IMG/VR virus record: IMGVR_UViG_3300027852_000015
Coordinates: 1-44,092 of that record
Source of the DNA: a virus
Direction: 5' to 3' (one strand)
DNA: 44,092 nt
A program made the position numbers and the translations under genes. Under the pieces are notes generated by a model. It saw nothing but the letters and a program-made list of their open reading frames with translations. It did no database searches and was not told the DNA's origin. Shown piece by piece: positions 9,630 to 18,785 of this stretch (positions are counted from its first letter, which is position 1; every line of letters starts with the position of its first letter).

Positions 9630-9905
9630 ATGATCATGGCACAGCATAACAAAGATAAGTACCCTGAAATCTGGGCAGCTTTTGAGAGAGCTAAAGCTAA
9701 AAAAGCGGCGTTAATGGAGGAGCGTAAACCTTTTCTAGATAAGATGAACGAGCTGCATCGACAGAAAGGCCTGTTACAGGTAGAGCTAGACAGTTTAGCT
9801 GCTTTTGCTTATAAAGATGTAGAAGAGCTCAGAGAAGTTAGCTCAGAGATCTCTAGGCTAGCTAGGGCTATGGGCAGTAAGTCTATGGCAGCCCCACTAA
9901 ACTAG
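9630..9905 (+). CDS. hypothetical coiled-coil protein
   Basis: 91-aa ORF, charged and helical in character. Confidence 0.55.
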   Translation: MIMAQHNKDKYPEIWAAFERAKAKKAALMEERKPFLDKMNELHRQKGLLQVELDSLAAFAYKDVEELREVSSEISRLARAMGSKSMAAPLN

Positions 9906-9946
9906 AGCGCCTACCGCACTGAATAAGCCCTGCAGAGGAGGTTTTA

Positions 9947-10471
9947 ATGCCAATAGTTAATTCAGAGATTGTTACAGACCGCCAACAGCGCGGTGGTATG
10001 CGTAAAATCAGGCAGAAGTTCACCGACCATTTAGGTGACGACCATTTTCGGCAATTTATTGAATCCGCTGACTACGATGCTGTGGCGGGCCTTATAGTTG
10101 GAGAGGCTCTGGTGCTTGCTGGACTGGTTGAGCAGGAAGTACAGCAAGCTATCAAAGATTATGAAAACGGCGAAGACCCCCTTCACTACGAGGCCAGCTC
10201 AAACAACTGGCAGCAGATAACACCAGAGTTTCAAACTTGGGATGAACTAGCTGCACCAGTGTTGGTACACTTCCTCGAAAAAGAGAATCGCAACGACCTC
10301 GCAGTTATTGAGAGCACAATAATAAGGATAAGTACGCAGGATAAAAAAGCGCTCCTCGGTATGACCACTAAGGAAGTGAGCGCCGTTAATGGTGATATAC
10401 AAGCTGCAGTGAATGCCATTGCTGAGCTTGCTTTGTACAGCCCGCATTTTGTTGGGGGAGAGAAAGCCTAA
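9947..10471 (+). CDS. hypothetical protein
   Basis: 174-aa ORF with a GAGGAGG ribosome-binding site. Confidence 0.6.
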   Translation: MPIVNSEIVTDRQQRGGMRKIRQKFTDHLGDDHFRQFIESADYDAVAGLIVGEALVLAGLVEQEVQQAIKDYENGEDPLHYEASSNNWQQITPEFQTWDELAAPVLVHFLEKENRNDLAVIESTIIRISTQDKKALLGMTTKEVSAVNGDIQAAVNAIAELALYSPHFVGGEKA

Positions 10472-11838
10472 TGTCTTATTACTACGTAAAAAATGGCGGA
10501 ACTGCTACTGGGGATGCAGGCAGGTCAGCAACAAAACTGACTACATCTTTTTCGACAATGGGAGACTCTGCCTACTACGACAGCCTTTATGATGTGTTTA
10601 CAGGTGGAGTCCCAACTACAGCCCCTGTTGCTGGTGATACTGTCTGCGTCTCTAATTTGCATGATAAGACATACACCGTTTCCACAGTGGTAGGTATTAT
10701 ATCTGGAGTGCCTGTATTCAGTGTTGATGATAACGCTGCTAGTTCTTACGTATCCGGCGCATGGGAGCGGACTGTCGCCGCTGTTAATCTAACCCCATTC
10801 ATGACGGCCACAACAGAGCCTAGCTATATGCACTCTAAGGGCGTGTCGTTTCAGTGCGGAAACGATTTGTTTGTACGTATGAAAAACCGGGAGTCTTTGA
10901 TAGAAGATTGTCAGTTGTGGAGTACTAATAAAGATATTCTGCATAACCACGATGGACAAAGAAGTGTATACAAGGCTGTAGAGGTTAAAATCTCAGACCT
11001 GAACGACGCTTTTTTGGTCGGAGGTGCCTCTGCTGTAATGTTTAGCGGATGCACTTGGATGCAGGATAACAACGCTTTGTTAACGAGCGCCGGGGCAGGA
11101 GGTCTGAGAGCCATATTCAATTCATGCGACTTGTCGTTATGCACTAATGATATAGTTGATAACACTGCTGTGGGATATAACATTGCTGATATAGAGTTGA
11201 ATAGATGCAAGATCGGCGCAGGTTTGGTCGGTATTTCAGGTGCTAGCAAATACACACTAAAGAACAAAGGAATTCGCTTTTCATCATGTGATGTTGGCGA
11301 TGGCTACCACTACTTTAGGCATGAGCAAGAGTTCGGAATGAATAGTGAGGAGACTTCAATTTACCGCACGGACGGAGCAACTTACGACGGGACGAACGGG
11401 TTTAGTGTAGAGTTGATTTCAGAAAGTTCCGCTAATCTCGCGTCACCGTGTTATGCCGAGCTAGCCTCCCAGTATATAGATACTGACGACTTCACAACAA
11501 CTGTAACTGTAACGGTGCATTTTGCAGTTGATGGATCAACGACTGCTCTCAATGATGATGAGTTCTATATAGAGGTCAAATACCCAGACGGAGCAGATAA
11601 TGCGCTTGGGGTGGTATCTAGCACCAAGGCGAAGCCTCTAGCAGTTGGTGCTGCGCCGGTAACAGAGGCTGGTTTGTGGGCAGGACTGGGCGGCACAAAT
11701 AAGCAAATGTCTCTCAGTAAAGAGCTTACTATAGGGACTACGGAGGGAACTATAGCCAGCGGCTTGGTAGAGGTGAAAGCATACTTAAGCAAAGCAAGCC
11801 AAGTAGCCTTTGTATGCCCGCAGGTTGAGTTCAGCTAG
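10471..11838 (+). CDS. putative tail fibre or tailspike (possible beta-helix)
   Basis: 455 aa with periodic short segments (FNSCDLSLCTND, LNRCKIGAG, FSSCDVGDG) that resemble parallel beta-helix rungs. The start is coupled to the upstream stop (TAATG). Confidence 0.4.
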   Translation: MSYYYVKNGGTATGDAGRSATKLTTSFSTMGDSAYYDSLYDVFTGGVPTTAPVAGDTVCVSNLHDKTYTVSTVVGIISGVPVFSVDDNAASSYVSGAWERTVAAVNLTPFMTATTEPSYMHSKGVSFQCGNDLFVRMKNRESLIEDCQLWSTNKDILHNHDGQRSVYKAVEVKISDLNDAFLVGGASAVMFSGCTWMQDNNALLTSAGAGGLRAIFNSCDLSLCTNDIVDNTAVGYNIADIELNRCKIGAGLVGISGASKYTLKNKGIRFSSCDVGDGYHYFRHEQEFGMNSEETSIYRTDGATYDGTNGFSVELISESSANLASPCYAELASQYIDTDDFTTTVTVTVHFAVDGSTTALNDDEFYIEVKYPDGADNALGVVSSTKAKPLAVGAAPVTEAGLWAGLGGTNKQMSLSKELTIGTTEGTIASGLVEVKAYLSKASQVAFVCPQVEFS

Positions 11839-13055
11839 TGGCCTCCAAAACAGTGAGACTGGTGCCTGGCATTGGTCTTGTTGTTGAGACTAATACCGTA
11901 GCGACTGAGCTATACCCCGGCGGGTTTTATATCCAGCCAAGTGTAAGTGGTATAACAGCAACAACAACAGGAACGTCTACAGCAAGTATTACTGAGGCTG
12001 AGGTAGTCACTGGCGGGAAGACTACAATCATCACTATAACTGGGGATACCCTAGTTGCTCATGGCGCAGCATTTAATCACCTCAGACAAGATATAATCGA
12101 TGGTTGCACCTCAGCTCAGAGTGAGCTATTAGGCTGGAATAACGAAGTTCGTGATAGCGAGTCGGTAGCTTCTGTGAGCAGGACAGACGACAATACTATT
12201 ACGATTACGTGGAGTGCTGCACCTAACTATGACATAACGGCACAGGAAGCAATTACAGTAACGATACCCGCAGCGGTGCTAGTAAATAGTCTTGTAGATG
12301 TAGTAGCCTCCCCTTCCTTTACTGTTGACCCTGTAACTAACTATGATATAGAGGCGCTACCAGGTAGCTATACTTTATTAGGTACCTCTGCAGCTCTTCT
12401 CTACTCCAGAGAGGTAGCGCTAAACTCTGGCATTTATACGCTCTCCGGCACTGCGGCAAGTTTAAGCAGAGATTCTAGGCTAGCTGTAGATTCAGGTAGC
12501 TATAGCCTGCAAGGGGCAACTGCGGAGTTAATAGCTGCGTTTGTTTTGGCAGCTACAAGTGGCAGTTATGCAGTAAGCGGAAGTCCTGTAGATTTTCTTA
12601 CTAGCTATATATTAGAGCTGCAGAGCGGCAGTTATAGTACAGTAGGGCAGAGTGTAGGATTACTTAGGGATTTAGTAGGCTCTGCAGATGTTGGTGCTTA
12701 TTCGGTTACAGGAACCGCAGCAAACTTAATTGCCACCTCAGATCAGACACTCTCAGCAGCTTCTGGTGCTTATATACTAACAGGTTCACAAGTTGCGCTC
12801 ATAAGAGATGGCCTTATAGGAGCTGCTTCAGGCTCTTATGCGCTATCAGGCAGTGACCTAAGTCTGGTTATAGGGACTATATTAGAAGCCGCCACAGGTA
12901 GCTATTCTATTACAGGGGAGCAGGCAACCTTACTAAAATCCGTACTGGTTTCATTAGACTCCGGTACCTATACTACTACTGGTTATAATGCCGCCTTGGG
13001 ATACTCTGGCGAGGTCATCCAGGGTTATGTTATGGCAATGTTATTGGGGTTATAG
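11838..13055 (+). CDS. fibre-like protein with ten tandem 22-aa repeats
   Basis: GTG start overlapping the upstream TAG. The C-terminal 221 aa are repeats of xxxSGSYxhxGxxAxLhxxxhh. Confidence 0.6.
   Translation: MASKTVRLVPGIGLVVETNTVATELYPGGFYIQPSVSGITATTTGTSTASITEAEVVTGGKTTIITITGDTLVAHGAAFNHLRQDIIDGCTSAQSELLGWNNEVRDSESVASVSRTDDNTITITWSAAPNYDITAQEAITVTIPAAVLVNSLVDVVASPSFTVDPVTNYDIEALPGSYTLLGTSAALLYSREVALNSGIYTLSGTAASLSRDSRLAVDSGSYSLQGATAELIAAFVLAATSGSYAVSGSPVDFLTSYILELQSGSYSTVGQSVGLLRDLVGSADVGAYSVTGTAANLIATSDQTLSAASGAYILTGSQVALIRDGLIGAASGSYALSGSDLSLVIGTILEAATGSYSITGEQATLLKSVLVSLDSGTYTTTGYNAALGYSGEVIQGYVMAMLLGL
12354..13016 (+). repeat. intragenic tandem repeat, about 66-nt period x 10
   Basis: Units of 21, 22 or 24 aa run from ALPGSYTLLGTSAALLYSREV to SLDSGTYTTTGYNAALGYSGEV. 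Confidence 0.85.
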
Positions 13056-13541
13056 ATGCCAGCCACCACAGTTGTTATCGGTAATGTAGCCACTATCTGG
13101 GATCATAAAGATAGAGGCGCAGGAGAACCTGGGGAGCCAGGAGAAGGCGAGAGTGGAGGTTTTGGCACAGTCTATCTTACCTCTACTTTATACCCTTTGT
13201 ATGAGCTGGAGTATTTAGATTCAGCTCCCGGTATACGTAATGCCTCTTTCTATTTAGCGCCTGTAGATAATGTAGATAGCGGTCCGGCGATTTTATCCGC
13301 AGCCTTGATAGACAGGATAATTACTTATATTAATCCCGAAGAGGTGCTAGATTCGGCAATAGCCCTTACTGAGGCCTCGCTAGTTTCCATAATTGTGCCT
13401 TATGTGGAGCCTCCAGAGCCTTTAGACTCCTCCCCTGCGATACTCTCTGCTCTGCTAGATATAATAGTAATCACCCATATACAGCCGCTGGACGATCTTA
13501 TAGACTCCGCACCTGCTATAACCTCTGTACTACTAGCCTAG
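13056..13541 (+). CDS. repeat-containing protein (DSxPAILSALL motif, about 4.5 copies)
   Basis: 161 aa. After a GEPGEPGEGESGG segment come ~25-aa repeats LDSxPAI(L)SA(L)L..II.T.I.P. Confidence 0.55.
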   Translation: MPATTVVIGNVATIWDHKDRGAGEPGEPGEGESGGFGTVYLTSTLYPLYELEYLDSAPGIRNASFYLAPVDNVDSGPAILSAALIDRIITYINPEEVLDSAIALTEASLVSIIVPYVEPPEPLDSSPAILSALLDIIVITHIQPLDDLIDSAPAITSVLLA

Positions 13542-13550
13542 GATACTTAT

Positions 13551-14444
13551 ATGAAATGCCCTACAATTGAAACAACTCTGGCGGGCAGGTACAAGCTAGA
13601 GATTATAAAGCCTGATGGAACAGCAGAGCTGGCTGTAGATTGGTTTGATAACTTAATAACAAACGTTGGGCTCGATATGCTCAGCGGGGATATAGCAGAA
13701 TATCAAAACCCTTTTCAGTATTGCTTTGTAGGCACAGATAATACACCTCCTAGTGTACTAGATACAGATCTGCTTGGATTTGTGGCGCAGGAGAACAGTG
13801 TTACGGCTGCGGCTTCCTATAGCATCTTACCTCGTTATTACAGCCGGGTCTATACCTATACTTTCGATATAGGGGCGGTTGTAGGGAATATGAGTGAGAT
13901 AGGTGTTGGAGGTCTAAACCTAGGGACCCGCCGAGCGTTATCGCGAGCTCTTATTAAAGACGGCGTAGGTAATCCAACTACTATTACAGTTGCGGCAGAC
14001 GAGGCCCTAAGAGTCTCTTACGAGATACGCTTTAACATACCTACCGCAGACTACCCTTTTACTGTAGACGGCTATGATTTTGTGGTAAGGGTTGCCCGTG
14101 CAGCTACTGCCGATTACATCTACGGTAATTATATGAGATATGCTACCATAGGCTATCCTAGGGCCTACGATGGAGCGGTAGGGGCTACCATAGATGACGA
14201 GCCGGCAGGTGTACAGTATGAACTAGGGAGCACTTTAGATGCATATGTCCCTGGCTCTTATACTAGAACAGGTAAACTAACTGCGTCTCTTACCCAAAGT
14301 AATGCTATTATAACAGCCTTTCGCTGGGGGTTTGGTGCCCATACCTGGCAGTGCTCGGTGTCCCCAGGTATGGACAAGGACGGCACCAAAACTCTGGAGT
14401 TAGGAGTTAGATATACCTGGGCAAGAGAGGGCGAGCTTCCATAA
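13551..14444 (+). CDS. hypothetical tail-associated protein
   Basis: 297-aa ORF in the fibre gene cluster. Confidence 0.55.
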   Translation: MKCPTIETTLAGRYKLEIIKPDGTAELAVDWFDNLITNVGLDMLSGDIAEYQNPFQYCFVGTDNTPPSVLDTDLLGFVAQENSVTAAASYSILPRYYSRVYTYTFDIGAVVGNMSEIGVGGLNLGTRRALSRALIKDGVGNPTTITVAADEALRVSYEIRFNIPTADYPFTVDGYDFVVRVARAATADYIYGNYMRYATIGYPRAYDGAVGATIDDEPAGVQYELGSTLDAYVPGSYTRTGKLTASLTQSNAIITAFRWGFGAHTWQCSVSPGMDKDGTKTLELGVRYTWAREGELP

Positions 14445-15220
14445 TGGCTATCCCAGAAGACAGACTGTCTACAGTAGTGCACGCCGGAGATGAGACTTAT
14501 ATCTGGGGTAAGGAGGCTGTTGGGCAGAACTGGGCAGCTGACTATGAGATGGGAGGTATAGCTCTTAATGATCCCTCCGAAGGCCATCTTTATCAGCTCT
14601 GGCTAACTAGAATCTCCTCAGATGGGACACAGCTGTTAATTAGTGCTCCCTCGGTTCCTGAGACAGTTCTGTATACAGGAGTAAATCTTACTGAGGTCTC
14701 TTGTAGCTTTGATCAGAATATGAGACCTAGTTTTGCTTATGTAGAAGATGGCGTAGCTAAGTTTGACTGGTATAATACGTTAACCGCCCAGAGAGAGCTA
14801 ACAGTTCTAGGCGCAGACGTAACTAACCCCAGAGTCACACTGGATGATAAGAGACCCTCTCAGTTAGCTGCTAATGATGTATTACTGTTTTATGTCAGAG
14901 ACCGCACGCTTTATATGAGAAGGCAGAGAGATCGTTATAACCCTGAGATGTTACTGGGGGCTATACCGGCAGAAGCTAACTATTTAAATATAGCCGCAAT
15001 GGGAACTAATTTAAGGCTGCTGTTTGAGTTTTTAACTGTTGCAGGAACTTCCTTAACTGCTACGCCTGTGACTCCAGCAGCTGCAGAGTTGATGCCAGAC
15101 ACCGCCTATGAACCTAACACTATCTGGAAGCCTACTGAAGCTCCTGGAATACCAGAATTACCAGAATTACCAGAATTACCAGAGTTGCCAGAATTACCAG
15201 AATTACCTGGGTTACCGTAA
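14444..15220 (+). CDS. hypothetical tail-associated protein with a C-terminal (PEL)n tail
   Basis: 258 aa ending PGIPELPELPELPELPELPELPGLP. Its ATG overlaps the upstream stop (TAATG). Confidence 0.6.
   Translation: MAIPEDRLSTVVHAGDETYIWGKEAVGQNWAADYEMGGIALNDPSEGHLYQLWLTRISSDGTQLLISAPSVPETVLYTGVNLTEVSCSFDQNMRPSFAYVEDGVAKFDWYNTLTAQRELTVLGADVTNPRVTLDDKRPSQLAANDVLLFYVRDRTLYMRRQRDRYNPEMLLGAIPAEANYLNIAAMGTNLRLLFEFLTVAGTSLTATPVTPAAAELMPDTAYEPNTIWKPTEAPGIPELPELPELPELPELPELPGLP
15143..15214 (+). repeat. 9-bp tandem array (ccagaatta and variants), 8 units
   Basis: Units start at 15143, 15152, 15161, 15170, 15179, 15188, 15197 and 15206, and five are identical. They encode PGI-(PEL)6-PGL. Confidence 0.9.
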
Positions 15221-15233
15221 TAGGAGAAGCTAA

Positions 15234-15584
15234 ATGAAAAAGCGCACACTGGGACAGAAACAGCGTAAGTTCGCTTTGATGGTATCTGAGCTAATTAACT
15301 TTGCTTATGTCAGAGGTTATGAACTTACCTTTGGCGATGCCTATAGAGATCCGAGGGCCTTTGGGAGAATAGGCCAGAAGCTCCCAGGCTCGTATAGCGC
15401 AGCTAAGTCTCTCCATAAATACCGCTTAGCCATAGATTTTAACTTATTCAAAGACGGTAAGTACCTAACAGAGACAGAGGACTATAGAGAGCTAGGAGAG
15501 TATTGGATAAGCATTGGAGGTACCTGGGGAGGCAAGTTTCGAGATGGTAATCACTTCTCTCTTGGACATAATGGACTTAAATAG
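15234..15584 (+). CDS. peptidase M15 (VanY-type zinc peptidoglycan peptidase): endolysin or virion-associated hydrolase
   Basis: H-x6-D (HKYRLAID) plus a distal His (DGNHFS), with overall resemblance to small phage M15 endolysins (YELTFGDAYRDP...WGGKF). No signal peptide. Confidence 0.85.
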   Translation: MKKRTLGQKQRKFALMVSELINFAYVRGYELTFGDAYRDPRAFGRIGQKLPGSYSAAKSLHKYRLAIDFNLFKDGKYLTETEDYRELGEYWISIGGTWGGKFRDGNHFSLGHNGLK

Positions 15585-15600
15585 GCAATAGGTAACTGAG

Positions 15601-17199
15601 ATGGCAAAGTCTTCCCAGATAGATGTTAGATTAAATACGCAGGGAATGCATATACCTCTGAGGGAGCAGGAGGTAGGCAGGAGCGTGGTAAACCCTGCCA
15701 CCGATCTAGTTTTTATTCCTGATGTCAACACAGAGTCAGATGTACCAAAAGATCGCGGAGTTATAGGAATAAAGTATGCACACAATGTAATGCCGTCTAC
15801 TTATGGGTGGCGTAGTATCTCTTATCTAGAGAGTGTAGCAGATCCGGCTCTAGGCTCCGGAAGCTTTACGCGTATAGTACCCATAGCCGGGGCTGCAGTT
15901 ACAGGAGGTAGTGTAAGCGCATCTGGGATAAGAAGCTACCTAGGAGTATTCTATAACGGCTCTAACTCCGTATTATACTACCTAAATGCTGGAGGCGCTT
16001 GGGCTCCTGTATCTGGTGTACCTACTTTGAGCTCAGACGCAGTAGTATCTGCTGCTTATATTAATGGCGTATCTTATATATCAATCCCAGGCCACTCTGT
16101 CTACGTAATAGATCTAACTTCTGGCGCTCTAACCGAGCGGCCTCTTACCAGTCTTAATATGTCTGACATAAAAGGTGCAACCTCAGCTTATGGTTACCTT
16201 ATTGTATGGACTGTAAACCGAGTTCTATGGTCGTCCTCTGTAGATGTAGAGGATTTCACTCCATCAGATACCAGCGGGGCAGGTGGCGGCGCTGTACAGG
16301 AAGCCTCTGGGGATATCATATACTGTGGCGAAGGTAGATTTGGGTTCTTTGTTTATACCAGATCTAACATAGTGTCAGCTTTATATACAAGTAATGCCAC
16401 CTTTCCCTTTGAATTTATAGCGCTTGCAGGCAGCGGCGGCATTTATAGCCCTGACCACATAGCCAAAGGTACTGTAGCTGCAGCTTCATATGCGTACTCC
16501 TCCTCTGGTATCCAGAAGATAACTCAGCAAGCTGCTACCACTACGCTACCTCATATCTCAGACTTCTTAGATAACTCTTATTTCGAAGACTTCGATACAG
16601 TTACCGGTGTATTTAGCTCAACCACAGTTGGCAGCACTGGGATGAAGAAAGCTATCCAGACTGTTGCAAGTCGTTTTGTTGTCCTGTCTTACGGAGCTGA
16701 TATCTCAGCACCTTTTACTCACGCACTTGTTATTGACACTCAGCAAGGAAGAATGGGCAAACTAAAGATAGATCACGTAGCTTGTGTAGACTTTTTTGAT
16801 CTGTCTTTAAGTAGCGGCCTAGATAGTAATAGCTCTTTGGCGTTCCTGGGAGCTGAAGGTAGTATAAAAGCCGCTAATTTTGATACGGAGTGCGCTGGCG
16901 TAGATGCCGTAGTGCTTATGGGGGATCTGACTTATGCACACGGTAGTATGGCCCAGTTGCAGGAAGTAGAGGTAGAGAATGTATGTGCGGGAGCTGGCTT
17001 CTCTATGTATACTCTGCCTACCTTAGATGGCAGCACCTTCGAACCAAAGCAGGATGGCTATGTCAGGCAAGAAGATCTAGTTAAACCTCTGCGTAGATTC
17101 CTATTCTCTTCTGTAGCCAAGTCCCATACCTTAGTATTTGTTGGAGGCTTTGAGCTTAACACTGTTGTAGCCAGAATTACTAGAGCCGGGAGATACTAG
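15601..17199 (+). CDS. hypothetical structural protein
   Basis: 532-aa ORF in the late block. Confidence 0.6.
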   Translation: MAKSSQIDVRLNTQGMHIPLREQEVGRSVVNPATDLVFIPDVNTESDVPKDRGVIGIKYAHNVMPSTYGWRSISYLESVADPALGSGSFTRIVPIAGAAVTGGSVSASGIRSYLGVFYNGSNSVLYYLNAGGAWAPVSGVPTLSSDAVVSAAYINGVSYISIPGHSVYVIDLTSGALTERPLTSLNMSDIKGATSAYGYLIVWTVNRVLWSSSVDVEDFTPSDTSGAGGGAVQEASGDIIYCGEGRFGFFVYTRSNIVSALYTSNATFPFEFIALAGSGGIYSPDHIAKGTVAAASYAYSSSGIQKITQQAATTTLPHISDFLDNSYFEDFDTVTGVFSSTTVGSTGMKKAIQTVASRFVVLSYGADISAPFTHALVIDTQQGRMGKLKIDHVACVDFFDLSLSSGLDSNSSLAFLGAEGSIKAANFDTECAGVDAVVLMGDLTYAHGSMAQLQEVEVENVCAGAGFSMYTLPTLDGSTFEPKQDGYVRQEDLVKPLRRFLFSSVAKSHTLVFVGGFELNTVVARITRAGRY

Positions 17200-17201
17200 C
17201 T

Positions 17202-17798
17202 ATGGCGTATAAGTCTGACACAGATATAGGAATAGGTATAGCACCTGATTTGGCACCTGAGCATGATGCCTTATATCCAGCTATGCAGCCTGTATATAAC
17301 GCGTTGCACATATTAAATGCAAGGCTAAGCGGCTTTGCTGGCGGCGCTTTCGCTCCTCCTACGGTAGAATCCTCCCCTTCGGCTGGGTTCAGTCTCAGAC
17401 CCGACTCCTTCTGGGCACCCTGCACAGAGCAGACAGTAGTTAATAGGATTGTTCATATACGGGATGGAATATGGAGCATTGGCGCAGGTTACGGAGGTAT
17501 ACAGATTGGCGATCCGGACAGCTCCTCAGCGTATAAACGTAACCGCGCAGTTCACTTTGGTTATGTAATAGAAGATCCGGTGATTCACGAAGGTAAGCGT
17601 ATGGCCCATATAGCCTGGCCGCCTTTTATTCTGGATTCAGAGGGTATAACTTCTGGGCCTTTGTACATAGGAAAGCGTATATACGTAGACGGTAATGGCA
17701 TACTAATGGTACCAGAAGATAGAAAGAATGAGGATGTGGCGGTAGGTCTCATAGTACGAGACGACGCAATCTTAATAACTAATCTACTGCCTTGGTAG
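17202..17798 (+). CDS. hypothetical structural protein
   Basis: 198-aa ORF that starts 3 nt after the upstream stop. Confidence 0.6.
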   Translation: MAYKSDTDIGIGIAPDLAPEHDALYPAMQPVYNALHILNARLSGFAGGAFAPPTVESSPSAGFSLRPDSFWAPCTEQTVVNRIVHIRDGIWSIGAGYGGIQIGDPDSSSAYKRNRAVHFGYVIEDPVIHEGKRMAHIAWPPFILDSEGITSGPLYIGKRIYVDGNGILMVPEDRKNEDVAVGLIVRDDAILITNLLPW

Positions 17799-17802
17799 TT
17801 TG

Positions 17803-17836
17803 CAGGCTAGCTCTCTCTTAGCCCTGTAGCTATAAT
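17803..17836 (+). promoter_or_regulatory. hairpin (CAGGCTA...TAGCCCTG) followed by TATAAT in the only sizeable late-block gap
   Basis: The stem is 17803-17809 paired with 17819-17826 (one bulge). TATAAT lies at 17831-17836. There is no good -35 box. Confidence 0.25.
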
Positions 17837-17868
17837 TCACTTAATATTAGCACACTCTGGAATCTCTC

Positions 17869-18774
17869 ATGGCAGACATAAGCGATCTGACTAATCTAGC
17901 CTCTGCAATAACTACCCTGCAGGGCGGCAAGACTAAAAATAAGCAAACCACCCAGACTGATGTATCTGAAGCTGGGGTAACAGAGCTACTAGACCAGATA
18001 CTATCTGCTCCAGGTGGGGTTAAAGATATCGGCGCCAGTGCTAGACGCGCTGGTATCTATGACGATACTACTTCGGATTTGCTTCTAGGTGAAGCATATG
18101 CTAGCGCAGCCAATAAGGCGGAACTTGCAAGATCTCCTACTACAGTGCGTGGGGAGGTACAGGCCCCAGGAGCTGATATGGCATCTCTGGCAGGTACTCT
18201 AGCTCTTACTACAGCAGGTAATACCTTATTTAAGAAGCTTACCGCAGATACAGCAGCCACGGCCGGTGCTAATCTAGTAAGCGGGACAGCTCCCGCAGCT
18301 TCTTCAGCTGTTTCTGCGGCTTCATTAACAGGCGGCGCTCCTGTGGTAGAAGGTGTTGGAACTATAGCAGGAGGCGTAGGAGGGGTAGGAGGCGTAGGGG
18401 GCGTAACTCTCGGTACTGTGCCAGAGGCTGCAAGTCTTGCTGGCACTAATGTAGCAGCGGGCGCTGGAGAGGGCATAGCCTCTGGGGCTGCAGGGGCAGG
18501 CGCCTCTACCTCAGGTTTAGCTTCTAGCACTAACTTAATTAGTGGCGCAGGCGGGTTAGTAAGCGGCCTGCTACAGGGTAAGGATGGATCACAGGAGCCT
18601 GTATCTTTGGCTGCTACTGCTGGCATGGGCTATGCTTACGGAGGCCCGTATGGAGCTTTGATCGCAGCTGGCGGACAGCTTGTAGGTGGATTACTTTCTG
18701 GCTCAGGTTCCTTCAGCCCTGTTAAAGGTATTAAGACTGGTATTAAGTCTATCGGCAAAGTCTTCGGATTCTAA
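17869..18774 (+). CDS. Gly/Ala-rich internal-virion or ejection-like protein
   Basis: 301 aa of low complexity, with a (GGV)4 run from a 9-bp tandem at 18370-18405. It is the first of three genes of increasing size at the end of the late block. Confidence 0.5.
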   Translation: MADISDLTNLASAITTLQGGKTKNKQTTQTDVSEAGVTELLDQILSAPGGVKDIGASARRAGIYDDTTSDLLLGEAYASAANKAELARSPTTVRGEVQAPGADMASLAGTLALTTAGNTLFKKLTADTAATAGANLVSGTAPAASSAVSAASLTGGAPVVEGVGTIAGGVGGVGGVGGVTLGTVPEAASLAGTNVAAGAGEGIASGAAGAGASTSGLASSTNLISGAGGLVSGLLQGKDGSQEPVSLAATAGMGYAYGGPYGALIAAGGQLVGGLLSGSGSFSPVKGIKTGIKSIGKVFGF

Positions 18775-18785
18775 GGTAACTAGCT

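Noticed and set aside
9947-11838. An apparent compositional shift (fewer AGA Arg codons, more CGC/CGG) suggesting a swapped receptor-binding module
   Set aside because: This is only an impression from reading. I could not quantify it, and the codon usage is mixed. It needs a sliding-window composition or codon analysis.
15143-15214. Tandem arrays (also 18370-18405, 43043-43087, 12354-13016) read as CRISPR-like or mobile-element repeats
   Set aside because: The units are contiguous with no spacers, their lengths are multiples of 3, and they lie inside reading frames. They are coding tandem repeats.
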